NCBI GenBank assembly: GCA_016748015.1
Contig: JAAOMT010000134.1
Span: 1,618,757-1,682,756 of the forward strand
Origin: Geosiphon pyriformis uo1
Lineage: Eukaryota > Fungi > Glomeromycota
Length of the DNA stretch: 64,000 nt
Direction: 5' to 3'
Position numbers and translations under genes: made by a program. The notes under the pieces were generated by a model. The model made no database searches and was not told the DNA's origin. It saw only the letters and a program-made list of their open reading frames with translations. Shown piece after piece: positions 14,701 to 27,599 of this stretch (position 1 is its first letter; every line of letters begins with the position of its first letter).

Positions 14701-16318
14701 TACATTAAATAATCAATTTAAACTAGGTGTGAATCATAGATTTTCTATACATAACCAGCCACTCAAGCTGATTAGAACAACACTAAGCACTTATATAAAT
14801 TGAGACTAAATCTCTAATACCTAAAAAATAAACAAGATTTACACAATTCAAAATTAGCACCAAATGCCTTAGCAATACTAAGCAATTTAACCACACTGAC
14901 AAAAAACATCAAAGACAGCCCAAAAACCAAAACCAAAGCTAAACCATTATATAGTATTAGCCCATTCTTTTTCATAAAAACATGATGCCTAGTATGTACC
15001 AACCAAACTTCATTTTTAAAGCAAGACAAAAATTATACACAAAGCCTACAACCTTTTAACTCACAATTTTGGAATTTTAAAGGCAAACACAGTCTTTTAA
15101 AGCCAATCTTCAAAGACAAAACTCTTATAAAAAGCTATACATATTGTAATATTCAAAACACAAGAGAACAACAATTAAAACACACATAAAGAGGACCAAA
15201 AAAGACCAGAAACCACACCCTAAGCAGCAGTATAAGCATCCAATAATTGACAATAAGCAGAAACATCAACTATACAAGAAAAAACATGATATAAAACTTC
15301 AATATTGTCACAATACAAACACAATACATTGAGATAACACTTGCTGTATAGGTATTTCTGAACAACAACTGGTAGTCAATAATGCAAAGCTTTTATGAAA
15401 TATGTATGGGTACCAGCAGTATGCTTACTAATAAAACCAGCAATTATGTATAAATTGAGATGTTACACCAAGGATGAATTAAGCCAATTAATGTCTGAAA
15501 ACAAACTATTATCCAAAACCCTAGAACCAGAACCAACTTTTCAATTCACACAGTAAATAGACCAAAGACTCCACAAACAAAATGTCTAAAACTATCAAAT
15601 ATGATATCACCTTTAGCCAACATATAATGCTTTTCCAATTAAGAAGAAAAATACCAGGAAGAAAGAAAAGCAATGTTGGTAAAAGTGTTAGTATTTATAT
15701 TATCCAAGACACCTAAATGACTCTTTATTTTGTGCCAACTAATATTTAAATTCTTTTTCTGAACAATATTCACAATGTGCTAACACTTAATCCAACACTA
15801 ATTCCAAAAATCCAGATATGCCAAACCCAATTCTGATTTGCATACATCCAAAGCAGTCTGACTGTCTGTCATAATATAAACTGAGCTAAAAAAGGAGACA
15901 CACTTAAAAACCAATACAATAGTTTGCAACTCCACCAAAGTAGAAAACATTAAACTGAAAATCTTAACTTCTAAATCCAAGTCTATGTCTTAAAAAAAAA
16001 CTGCCACACCAGTTCTTATGCTAACATTCTCTAAGTCTTTTAGAGATTTATTCATATAGATAAAAAGACAGTCAGCTGTGACATCTAACAAACTATTACA
16101 AACAAATTTAAACTCACAAGACTTCAAAACATTCAAAGGTTTAACTATATTTAAAGAAAAAAAGCAGATAAAAGAAGAAGTTATATTATTAAAAAAATCA
16201 ATAAAAAGCTTAAACCAGTCAGAAACAGGGTTATATAAGTCCAATTTTTTCTAACATTTGAAAATTTTCCAATTAAAAATAGTACCATTATGACTGCAAA
16301 GCTATTCAACAAACACTA
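14700..16318 (-). mobile_element. Degenerate non-LTR (LINE-type) retrotransposon 3' part: RNase H and C-terminal Cys/His motif
   Basis: Minus-strand fragments FIYMNKSL..TGVAVFF, STLVELQTIVL, IMTDSQTALD, WHKIK(S)HLGVLDN (RNase H motifs) and YFIKALH..LPV..CLYC..(DH)VFSC. Cut at 16318 by an LTR. Confidence 0.75.
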
Positions 16319-18551
16319 TGTTATACTGCTATTACAGATGATTATTTGGGGTTTGAAAACAAATAACAAACCCATAACTTGGTACTCAATAGCCAATAAT
16401 ATAGATGTAAATAATATTTGAAGGTTTTTAGAATCTAAAGGTTTTGGTTGAGTTCTTTGTATAATAGACAAAGATTCGATAGATGTATTTTTTGATAATG
16501 TTCTTAGTGTTTTATCAATCCTTGAGTTAATGTGCTTGTTTTGTCCATTATTTTCCAAAATATTTATATTCTATCAATTTCTTTCTCAGCTTGATGGCTT
16601 GTAATCTTCTGGTAAGCTATTTTCAATTTTAAGTGTTTACCCTTATTTCTGGGTTTTTTACCAGTACTATATCCTAATATTAGTACTCTGCATGTTAATA
16701 TTTTAATCAATTAATAAATCCACAATAAAACAAAAAAAAAGAAAAAGAAATAAAAAAAATAATAAAAATAATGAAAAAAAAAATAAAGAGATAAGCCAAG
16801 ACAAAAAAAAGTTAGTATTCTGTTAATAGCCATAATCAAGAGTTATTGGTTTAGTATAGTTAAGTATTGGTAACTATTAACATGAATTGTTAATAGTAAA
16901 AAGATGAATTGTGATATGTAATAAGTATTTTATTAATATTTTATGTTTCCACTTCAAGTTATAGAATACTATTGTATAAAAGGATGAATAGAGAATTGGA
17001 ACTGAAGATTCTAACTAAAGATTCTGTCTTTTTTGCTTTTAATACTACTTCTATATATACATAAATTTTGTTAAACAAGATTCCTTGAATTTCTTAATTC
17101 TCTAGCCAGAAATTCTGTAATTTTTTGAGAGGAATCCTAGAATTCTGGAATTCTGTAATTCCTTATACTGGGATCCTGTAATTCTGGAATCCTGCAATTT
17201 TTCTGAGAAAAATTCTGGAATTCCACTTTTACTATGTCTTATTTTGATTGGCTAATTTGTGTACTAATATATAATTCTTATATTCTATGAGTAACACTAT
17301 GTAAGGAATTGCAAAATTTTAGAATTTCAGAATTTCAGAAATTCCAGAATTCCTGGCTAGAAAATTGAGAAATTCAAAAAACCTCAAACAATAAAATTTA
17401 TGTATATATAGCAGTAGTATTAGAAGCAAAAAAAACAGAATTCTTAGTTTAGAATCTTTAATTCCAATTCTATATCTATTTTTTTATATGATAGTATTTT
17501 ATGACTTAAAGTAAAAACATTAAATATCAATAAAATACTTATTTATTATCACAATTCATCTTTCTATTATTAACAATTTATGTTGATAATTGCCAATACT
17601 TTATTATACTGAACCAATAACTTTTAATTACAGTTATTAATAAGATACTAATTTTTTCTTGCCTTGACTTATTTCTTTATTTTTATTTATTTTATTTATT
17701 GTTTTTATTGTTTATTGTGTACTAATTAATTTGAAAGATTAAGCATTAATTAATTAATGTCATAAATAGTCTGATAAAAAACTCCAAAAAAAGAGTATCA
17801 AGTTTAAAAAATTTATGGATAAGCTTATCAAAAAGCACAATTGCCAGAATAAACTGACCATCATGCTAAAGACAAAAATTGGATGGAATTGTAATTCTAA
17901 AAGACTACTAAAACAACACTTGAATCTCTGTTTATTATACAAAAAACTTAACAAAAACTTTTAGACACTAAAATCTTCAGATATTACTAACCAGATCAGC
18001 TATTAAGCACTAAGTTATGAGTTTGTTATTTGTATTAACATCTTAAATAATTACTTGTAACATTTAGTGCTCTCTGTAAAGTATAATCTTATAGAGAACC
18101 AGTATTAACAACAACTATTCAAAAGTGACAGAATCAGAAAGAAAAAAAACAAAATATCTAAGATTTACTAAATCCTTATTTCAACACTACTGTTAACACT
18201 TGGAATTAATCAACAACCAACTATTAATGAAATTAGTCTTTAATTTTTATGTCAATAAAAGAATTAAATATTTCTTAGGAGAATCAATAAATATTGAATC
18301 AGCAAGAGGAAATTTTTATAATAAATTAATTCAATATACCAGCTTACTATTAAACTATAACTTTAATCCAATCATTATTAAAATCAACAGAGAAATTGAA
18401 AATCACACTCAACAAACATTTTCTATTATCTATGCAGAAAAAAGCAAAGAAAAACTACAAACACCAGTAGAAACTCTAAAACAAATATAATTACCTACTT
18501 GGAAAAAACAAAGAATTGATTTACCAGTTAATCTATTATATTATCACATGC
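16319..18551 (+). mobile_element. Family A element A0, 5' fragment: LTR (16319-16329 + 17297-18062), PBS, start of ORF1
   Basis: LTR ends TTGTAACA at 18062, then TT-TAGTGCTCTCTGTAA (decayed PBS), AAAA-GTG at 18125 and homology to ORF 24870 (FNFYVNKRI..KLQTP). The 5' LTR boundary at 16319 is less certain. Confidence 0.75.
16330..17296 (-). mobile_element. Family A solo LTR
   Basis: Ends TATTACAG... and ...TGAGTAACA; GGAATTCC-type repeats; flanks CTGC/CTAT (decayed 4-bp TSD). Confidence 0.85.
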
Positions 18552-18663
18552 TATTACTTATAGAATATAGGAAATATATTAGCATATAAATTAACCAATC
18601 AGAAGTAGCCATAGTAAATGTGAAATTTCAGGATTCCTCTTAAAAGAATTACAAGATTCTCAT
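18552..18663 (+). mobile_element. 5' part of another family A LTR, interrupted by A1
   Basis: TATTACTTATAGAATATAGG matches the family A LTR start; it stops at the A1 terminus. Confidence 0.8.
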
Positions 18664-19487
18664 TGTTACAGGTGATTATTTGGGGTCTCAAGTCAAATAA
18701 CAAACCCATAACTTGGTGCTTGATTGGTATTTTCTGGTGTTGATATTTGAAGGTTTTGGTATAGAGTTCTTTGTATAATGAACAGAGATTTAATAGTTGT
18801 GTTATCCATAGCTTTTCAAAACCACAGTTTCATCAATTTTTTTCTCAGCATAATGGCCAGTATTTTTCCTGGTAAGCTATCCTTAATTAAATGTTCTATC
18901 CTTATTTCTAGGTCTTTTTCCAGTCACTTTGATGTCAGTAACTCTGTGTATTATTTTCTTTAATCAATTAGTACACAACAATAAAACCAAAGAAAAGAAA
19001 TAAAAAAAAGAAAATAAAAAAATAAGCCAAGGCAATTTGCAAGTTAGTATCTCATTAATAGCCATAATCAAGAGCTATTGTTCCAGTGTGGTTAAGTATT
19101 AATTGCTATTAACATGAAGTGTTGATAATAATGAGTAAGATTGAGATAGAGACTAATTATTTATTAATAGTTGTGAATAAAAGATTGCTTAGATTAAATT
19201 TAAACTGGGTGGTCTGTCTTTTCTACTTCTAATACTACCACTATATATACATAATTAAGATTCCTCAATTCTTTATACCAGAAATCTTGGAATTTCTGAA
19301 ATTCTGCAATTCCTTTTGAGAGAAATCCTGGAATTCTGGAATTCTGCAATTCTTTGTATGAGAATCCTGAAATTCTTGGAATTTTGCAATTCCTCTTAAG
19401 AGGAATTTTAGAATTCCACATTTACTATGACTACTTCTGATTGGCTAATTTATATGCTAATATACTTCCTATATTTTATAAGTAATA
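18664..19487 (-). repeat. A1 3' LTR (PPT at 19488-19503)
   Basis: TGTTACAGGTG...AGTAATA termini; adjacent purine tract on the minus strand. Confidence 0.88.
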
Positions 19488-19501
19488 TTATTCTCTTTTT
19501 T

Positions 19502-20140
19502 TTAATATTGAGCACCATCGAGATCTTTTAAATCTCCTAACTCTAATTCTCTGTTGTTGAGTATTTCTTAAACTTTTTTTTCGAGAATTACTTGGGTTAT
19601 TTTGTTCTGTAATTCTTCAAATTGGGTGTTGGTTATTTTTCCTATTTGGTTAACTATAATAGAGTCCAATTCTGGATTAAGTAAGATTTCTGGTTTGTCT
19701 TGGAATCCTGTATGTAGCTAATAGATGGCTCTTGCTTGTGTCATCAAATTGTTTTTTCCCACAAATTGTTCCAGTTGTTGCAGTATTGTTGTATCAAATA
19801 ATCATTTTGTTTTATTCATATATAAGTTCTGAATATTCAAGTATTGTCCTAAGTAAAAATAACAAAAATTTCTTGGAAATTCATGTATTCATCATTTCCA
19901 AGTTTCCTTGGTCAATTCTTGATATGTGGTGACATTTGTTGGTTCTTCTATTGCTAATTTTATTTTCAGAACCATTTTATTAATAGTGTTTTTTGTTTTC
20001 TTTTGACTTTTGTATTTGGGTATCTTTCTGGTATTTCGGTATCAAATGGTTTATTAATTGATAGTAATTTCTATATTCTGTTGTTAAATCAATTGGAAGA
20101 GTTGTTGTGCTAATGAGTGAATGTTGTCAGTGATTTTTAT
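19502..20140 (-). pseudogene. A1 ORF3 (unknown ~212 aa protein)
   Basis: Homolog of 46116-46745. Start decayed to ATA; ends DGAQY-TAA; 639 nt. Confidence 0.75.
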
Positions 20141-20199
20141 TTTTTTGAAGTCTTTTATCATGTCTATCATGTCTTTATATACTCTTTTATTGTTCAATT

Positions 20200-21576
20200 T
20201 TACATGTTTGGTCTAATGATTATGATTGGTTCCAGATCTTATGGAATTTCATCTGGTTAAACTAGTATTCTCTGTACTCCTAATTGTGGAATATTACTGG
20301 TAAATAGTGATACTATATGGTAATATGGTTTCAGTCAATTACCATGTACTGCTTTGGCTAAGATTTTGTTATCCCATCTTAATTTATAAGCTCTATTTTC
20401 AAGAATTTCTTCTATGTGAAATGGTCCATCCCATTTGGAGTCAAATTTTCCACTCCATTGTTTTTCTGCTTTAATACAATGTAAAAGTACTTTGTCTCCA
20501 ATCTTGAATTCAACTGGTTTATCTGATAGTTGGTTATTGTGTCTTTTTTTCTTTTTTTTTTGTGACTTTTGGATGTTATTAGCTGCTTTTTGCCATTTGT
20601 TTTCTAGTGTTTCCATTATGTCATATGTTTTTCTTAGCAATGTTTCCTAAAAATTGTCTTCAATTATTGGTTCTGTTGGATAAGTATTGACTTCTATTTC
20701 AACTGGTAATATTGCTGTTCTACTGTATACTAATTCAAATGGTGTTGTTTGTGTAGTGTCTTGCTTCATTGTCTGATAAGTAAATAATACTGATAGTATG
20801 AACAAATTCTATTTATTCTGGTTTTTTTGATTAATCTTGGCAATTGCTTTACACAATGTTCTGTTAAATCTTTCAACTAACCCATTTGTTTGTGGATGGT
20901 ATGGTGATGATAATGGTCTTTTTATCCCAAATCTTTGACTTAATTCTGTTAATGTTTTATTCACAAAGTGAGTTTTTTGATCTAATAGTAGTTCTTTTGG
21001 ACATCCATGTTGATAAATCAACTCTTAATGAACGAATTTGGCAACAGATTCTGCATCTGTTTTTTGAATGGCTTTTGCTTCTGGCCATTTAGTGAGATAA
21101 TCCATGGCTATTGCAATATATCTGTTGTCTCTACTGGTGATTGTTAATGGTCCGACTAAGTCAATTCCGATACAATCAAATGGTTGTCTTATTTTAATTG
21201 GTCTTAATGATTCACTGAGTCTTGTTCCTTCTCTTCTTTGATAAGCATCACAATTTTGAACATATTAGATGATGTCAGGATACATTGATGGCCAATAATA
21301 TCTTTTTCTGGTTCTTTTCATGGTTGCCTCTTTATAAAAATGTCCTACTGTTGGATCTGAGTGCATGTTGAATAATATTGTCTTTTTCTTTGGTTCTGTG
21401 ATTACTCTGGTTGGTTGATTTGAATTTTTTCTGTTCTTTCAGTAAAGTATATTCTGATGGTTGATAAAATATTTTGATTGTTGTTTTATGTTCCTTTGTT
21501 CTCATTGAAATAATTTTTCCTTAAACAATTGGGTATTTATATAATGTTAGAGTTGTTGGTATTTTTGTATATTCAT
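20200..21576 (-). pseudogene. A1 integrase ORF
   Basis: ATG 21576; H..H..C..C zinc motif, IGIDLVGP, SPYHPQTNGLVERFNRTL, KWDGPF. Confidence 0.88.
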
Positions 21577-21606
21577 TTTTTGTTATATTTTTGGGTTGAA
21601 ATGTTT

Positions 21607-23944
21607 TTAGATTTGTCTTATTTATGACAATCTGTCAGCATTTCCATTTTTTTTCTTTTTTTATAATGTACTGTATAATTAAATAGTGAAAGTTCTATTT
21701 TTCATCTGGCATAACAATCATTTTCAAATTCTTGTTTCTGGATTGAAGTCAATCCTTTGTGATCAGTGTATATGTCAAACTTCTGACTCAAGTATTTTTT
21801 CTATTTGATAACAGCCCAATAGATAGCTAAGTGTTCTAGTGCTGGAGTTTCATAGTTTTTTTCAGCTGGATTTAAGCTTCTACTGGCATAAACTACTGGA
21901 TGCTCTCTTCCATCCAGTTCTCTCTGCAATAGTACTGCTCTTAATGCTTGACCAGATGCATCAGTTGTTATTATAAATGGCTTGTTATAATCTGAATAGA
22001 TCAATACTGGAGCTTGAATAAGCTTTCTTCTTAATGTATCAAAAGCTTTTTGTTGAGTTTCAGTCCATTTGTATTTGGTGTTTTTTGTTTGAAGTTGGTG
22101 TAATGGTTAAGCTATTTTGGAAAAATTCTTGATAAAGCAACAGTAGTATTCTGCAAATCCCAAGAATGCTCTTAATTTGGTGAGATTATTTGGTACTGAA
22201 AAGTTCTTAACAATTTCTATCTTGTCTGAATCTGTTTTGATACCATCTTTGCTCACCACATGTCCCAAAAACTTGAGTTCTGTTTTGTCAAAGAAGCACT
22301 TGTTTGCATTTAATTTCAATCCTGCTTATCTGAGTCTTTCAAATACTTGTTGGAAATGATGTAAATGATCATCAAATGTTTTGGAGAACATATTGGTGTC
22401 ATCTAAGTAAACAACTACTGATTTTTACAGTAGTCCAGTATAGACAATTTTCATAAGCCATTGGAATATTGCTGGAGCATTCATCAAGCCAAATGGTATG
22501 ACTTCAAACTCAAAATTTCTTTCTCGTGTTGTAAAAGCCATTTTCTTTTTGTCTTCTAGTTTTATGGCTACTTGCTAGTAACCACTGTCTAAGTCTAAAA
22601 TTGAAAACCATTTTTTTCTTCCAAAAGCATCAAACAGCTCTTGAATCTTTGGTGTTGAATAGCTATTACCTTTAGTTACTCTATTCAGTTTATGGTAATT
22701 TACACAGAAGTGGATTTTCCCATTTTTCTTACAGACTAGTACTACTGGTAATAACCATGGGCTCATTAATGGCTGAATTAGCCCATTGTTAAGCATCCAA
22801 TTGATTTCTTGACAAATAATTTCATGGCTGGCTGGTGGTATTCTGTATGCTCTTTGTTTAATTGACATTATATCTCCAGTCTTAATTTAATGCTAAATTA
22901 TGTCAGTTCTGCCAAATTCATTTTTGCTTGCAAAGATGTCATTGAAGTTGTTGAGTAATATCTTAAGTTGTATTCATTGAAGTGAGTCTAAGTTTCCTAA
23001 GTTCATCTGTTCTAATTGTTCTGGTTGAAGCAGATAACATTCTTCTCATCTATAGATTGTTTGTAATGTGATATTTACATATCTACACAATTGTGAAAAG
23101 TCTGAAATGGGGTTTGGTGGTTGTTCTTCAATTTCAGTGGTTAAATATCCAATAGTGGTTCCTTCTGGTATCTCCATAATGTTTTCTATGTTGTTGTAAA
23201 TAGGGATTTTAATATGACCATGATTCTTGACTGGTATGTGTAAATTAATTAATCCAATTTTTCCTGATTCACAAAGTTGTGCTTTTGCCTCAAACATTTG
23301 AATCTGATTCTTCACTTTTCTCTCTATAGTTACTATGTACTAGTCATATAGTGGAATAGAAATTGATTGACGGGTAAAGATAATTTTTCCCTTGTCAATG
23401 ACCTTTTCTTCTGTCATATTAACTGGTATATTTATTCTACTTGTGAACCCAAATCTTTGTATCTTTCTTGCTGTTATCCCTAATTTTTTCCTGTTTCCCA
23501 CTAATATTAATTGAGCTACTTTAACTAGAGGTAGAAATATTGTCTGTGTTATTTTTTCATTTGGATCTATAGTGTAGGCCTTTTCTGAGTCATTTTGTAG
23601 CATAGCAATAATATTTCCTACATATCTTGCATCAATTATTCTTTCTCTAATGTTGATTCTTTTTTTTGCTAAGCTACTTCTAGATGCTAGCTGTACTATC
23701 ATTGTTGCTGAAATTTCCAGTGCTATTTTGAGATCAATACAGGTATGTAAATAGAATTCCAATTTGATGAGATCTTTTCCTAGATATCTCAAATCAAATC
23801 CTGCATCAGTATCATGCACCCATTCTGGCATAATACCTTCATCATTATCGCTGAATTATTTAAGTTCTTATTTCTTGGTGAGATTGGGAAGTGCGATAAA
23901 TGTTTTGGGATTTAAATCAGAGTCTGAATTGTTGTTATTTCTGT
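21607..23944 (-). pseudogene. A1 ORF1 3' part: dUTPase, RT, RNase H
   Basis: HDTDAGFDLRY, LASRSSLA, PVVLV.KKNGKI.FCV, YLDD, IITTDAS, YASRSL; TAA at 21607-21609. Confidence 0.9.
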
Positions 23945-24810
23945 TGTTACTCATAGAAATATAGGGAATATATATTAGCATAGTTATTAACCAATCAAAA
24001 GTAGACGTAGTAAAATGTAGAATTCCAGGATTTCTCTCAGGAATTGCAGGATTCCAGAAATTACAGGATTTTTACAAGGAATCGCAGGATTCCAGAATTC
24101 CAGGATTCCTCTCAAAGGAATTGCAGGATTCCAGGAATTCCAGGATTCCTGTTGTGAAGAATTGAGGAATTGAGGAATCTCAATTATGTATATATAGCAG
24201 TAGGATTAGAAGCTAAAAAAACAGATCTTTTAGTTTAGATTTCATCTAAACAACTTTCCAAAACACAAATAAATAACTGTTTGTTATCTCAAACTCACTA
24301 CCACTATCAACACTTCATGTTGATAGTAATTGATACTTAACCCCACTAGAATAATAGCTCTTGATTATGGCTATTGATGGAATACTAACTTGTAAATCAC
24401 CTTGGCTTATTTTTTTTCTTTTTTTATTTTCTTTTCTTTTTTTTATTTTTTTGCTTTGATTTTATTGTTGTTTACTAACTCTATTGAGGATTAATGTGCA
24501 GAGTATTGATGTCAGGATAAACGTGACTGGTAAAAGACCCAGAAATAAGGGTAGAACACTGAATTGAGGATAGCTTACCAGGAAGAATACCTCAAGCTGA
24601 AAAAAAAATTGATGAAACTGCAGTTTTGGGAAGCTACAGATAAAACTATTACCATTGAATCTTTGTCCATTATACAAAAAACTTAACCAAACTCTTCAGA
24701 TACAAACCTTCAGACACAAACCTTCAGATCACTATTAACTGCAACTAGATTTGAGCACCAAGTTACGAGTTTGTTATTTAATCTAACATCAGAAATAGTC
24801 ACCTGTAATA
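23945..24810 (+). repeat. A2 5' LTR
   Basis: TGTTACTCATAG...CCTGTAATA; GGAATTCC/GGATTCC array, TATATATA near 24189, T-rich tract. Confidence 0.92.
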
Positions 24811-24812
24811 TT

Positions 24813-24829
24813 TGGTGCTCCCTGTAAGG
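24813..24829 (+). promoter_or_regulatory. Primer binding site (family A)
   Basis: TGGTGCTCCCTGTAAGG, 2 nt after the LTR. Homologs at 18065 and 38342. Confidence 0.85.
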
Positions 24830-26521
24830 TATAATCTTATAGAGAACCAGCACCAACACAAATCTAAAAGTGGCAGAATCAGAAAACATAAGAGCAAACC
24901 ATCTAGAATTGGCAAAATCCTTATTTCAACACTACTGTCAACATTTGGGATTAAATTACAACCACATATCAGCAGAATCAGCTTTCAATTTTTACGTCAA
25001 TGAAAGAATTGCCTATCTGTTAGGAACACCAGTAAATATTGAATCAGCAAGAGAAGCCTTTTATAGTGAATTAATTCAAAATACCAACCTGCCAACAAAT
25101 CACAATTTTGCTTCTATTATTACAGAAATCAACAAAAAAATTGAACACCACACACAACAAAGATACCCCATTACTTATGCAAACAAAGGCAAAGGAAAAT
25201 TGCAAACACCAGCAGTAACACCCAAAAGAATACAACCATCTATTTGGAAGAAAACAAAAGTTGAGTTCCCAACTAATCCATTATACCACTATACATCTGG
25301 AAGTGTCATTAATATTACATTTACCAGTACAGTCACATCAAACATGACATTAGTATTTGGACAATTCCCATTCCAAAGTAAACAAAGGAAAGCAGAGTTA
25401 TTAGAACCATATGGCGCGTATTTTAAAAGATTTAACTCGCAATCATCAATGCCATCAGGACTTCGATCACTACCACCACCACCAGTTTTCAGTACTGCTA
25501 CTCTGTGAGAATTATCCAAAGAAGAGGAACAAGAAGAAGAGGAAGAAGAATCTGAGGATCAAGAGTTCACTTACCAAAACCCAATTTCTAAAAACCTGGA
25601 ATTTGAAATCCCAAACAATCAAACTCCAAGAAATCCAAATCAAGAAAACCCCGAAATTGAAACTCTAAATATTAGAACACCACCAACTCAGGATAATTGA
25701 AACCCTGATTTAATAAATCAACAAAACTTATCTTCAATAATCATCATCAATCAACCACCAATTAATCCAATAGCCAAACTCATATAGCAGCTACTTCAAC
25801 TACTACCCCAACAACCCATGCAACAACAACCGCTTCAACAGCCACCACAACAACCCAACTTAGATCCAATGGCCTATGCACCAATTGCAAAACTTGACAA
25901 TTTTACCAGTGAAGAAGATGACACTCAGATATGGCTGAATGATGTGGAAAAAACCATTGCAGCCAACGGATAGAATGATGTTCAAATAATGCAAGCCATT
26001 TCTTACTTTCTCAAGGATACCACCAATTCATGGTATTAGAGCTTGATTAATAAATCACAAGACTTCAATGCCTTTAAAGTGGAATTTTTAAGATACTTTA
26101 GCAACAATAACAGTATCAATCGCCTAATCAATACTTTCACCACCATAAAACAAGGAAAAACTGAAGCAGTCACCACTTACCTGGGATGCTTCCACAGAAA
26201 TCTATGCCAAATTCAAGCAATTAATGCCAACATTTCACAGTGCCACAGATCCTCAACCAGTTTATTTGTGGCCTGTGCAGCAGCATCTTACAATATGTAT
26301 GTCCATTACATTTTGGCACCCTTCAAAATGCAGTCACACACACCAGAGATTTTGAATCAGCTAAGTCTAAGACCAACCATGCCCAAGCCATCAATCTAGT
26401 GATAAACAAGTCATCTGAATTGAATTCCAAATTGGAGAAATTCAGGGAAACAATTAATCAGAAATTAGAGAGATACTTAGCTAACAACAATTAGACAATT
26501 TATCAACCACCACAATAATGT

Positions 26522-27554
26522 TGTTACCAGTAGAATTTTAGCTATTAATTAGTAGGAAAATTACCCTTATAATTCCTATAATTAATTAGTATATTAATAT
26601 TATTTCAAATTATCATTTATTATTTAATCAATTATCACATATCACAATTCAATTAAATAATCCAATTAGTATAATAAAAAGTAGGATGATCAAATTACAC
26701 AATACCCTGAACTTTGTAACATTCTAAAATTCACCGAAATTTACAGAAATTTGCCAAAATTTATAAGAAATTCACCAAAATTTATAGAAATTCACCAAAA
26801 TTATGAATAGTTCACCCAAATTAATTAATAGTTCAGCAAAATAACTTGTAGTTTATCAAAATGTATCTTTAGTTTACTGAAATTTGAGCAAAGAGAAAAA
26901 GTGCAAGTTCATAGACTAGTACTACAACAAGTTGTATAAAAAAAGAGCTTTTTTCTTCAAGAAAATATATTTTCTCATAGTACCTTACCATAGTATCTTA
27001 CTTTAAATATCTTAATTGAAACAAATTACCTTTTACAAAATCAAATAAAAATTAAATATTTGAAACCCAAATTCTTAAATTATTACACTTGAAATTCTCT
27101 CAACACATCTAACGTTTTGAAATTGATTAGCTACCAATTTCAATAAACTGTTAGTGACTTCAGGCCTAAATAGAAAACGTTTTCCTTGATAAAATCCTAT
27201 TTTTTTTACATTTTTTTTTTTTTTATTTTTTTTTCTTATTACAATCATTAGGGTAGCCTACAGACAAGATTCTTGTAGAAGAGTTAACTTTCACAGCAAA
27301 ATAACTACACATTTTTAGTAAGCTTCTAGATGAGCAATTCCTGGGAAAGAGTTGATGTTTACTACAACATAACTACATAAAATAACTGGCAAGAAATTGG
27401 CCATTCCACTTATAAGCCCAGCAGTTTAAATTATAGGAGATAATTTGAAGATAAATTCAGTTATTGGAGGTTCAATTACTTCTAAAAAACGTGAATTTGC
27501 AACCAACAGACAGTTACAACATTCAAGAAAAGAGACCAAAAACCTCCAATAACA
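26522..27554 (+). repeat. B1 5' LTR
   Basis: TGTTACCAG...CAATAACA; colinear with 35500-36524. Confidence 0.93.
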
Positions 27555-27556
27555 TT

Positions 27557-27572
27557 TGGTGCTCTCCCATGG
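27557..27572 (+). promoter_or_regulatory. Primer binding site (family B)
   Basis: TGGTGCTCTCCCATGG. Homologs at 57014 (minus) and 61903. Confidence 0.85.
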
Positions 27573-27599
27573 AAATAACACAGCAACAACAAATTCAAA

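Noticed and set aside
16330-18062. Large inverted repeat suggesting a DIRS-like or foldback element
   Set aside because: Explained by an antisense solo LTR inserted near the start of a related LTR. No tyrosine recombinase or transposase is seen.
24015-24182. CRISPR-like array
   Set aside because: No unique spacers or cas genes; eukaryotic LTR context.
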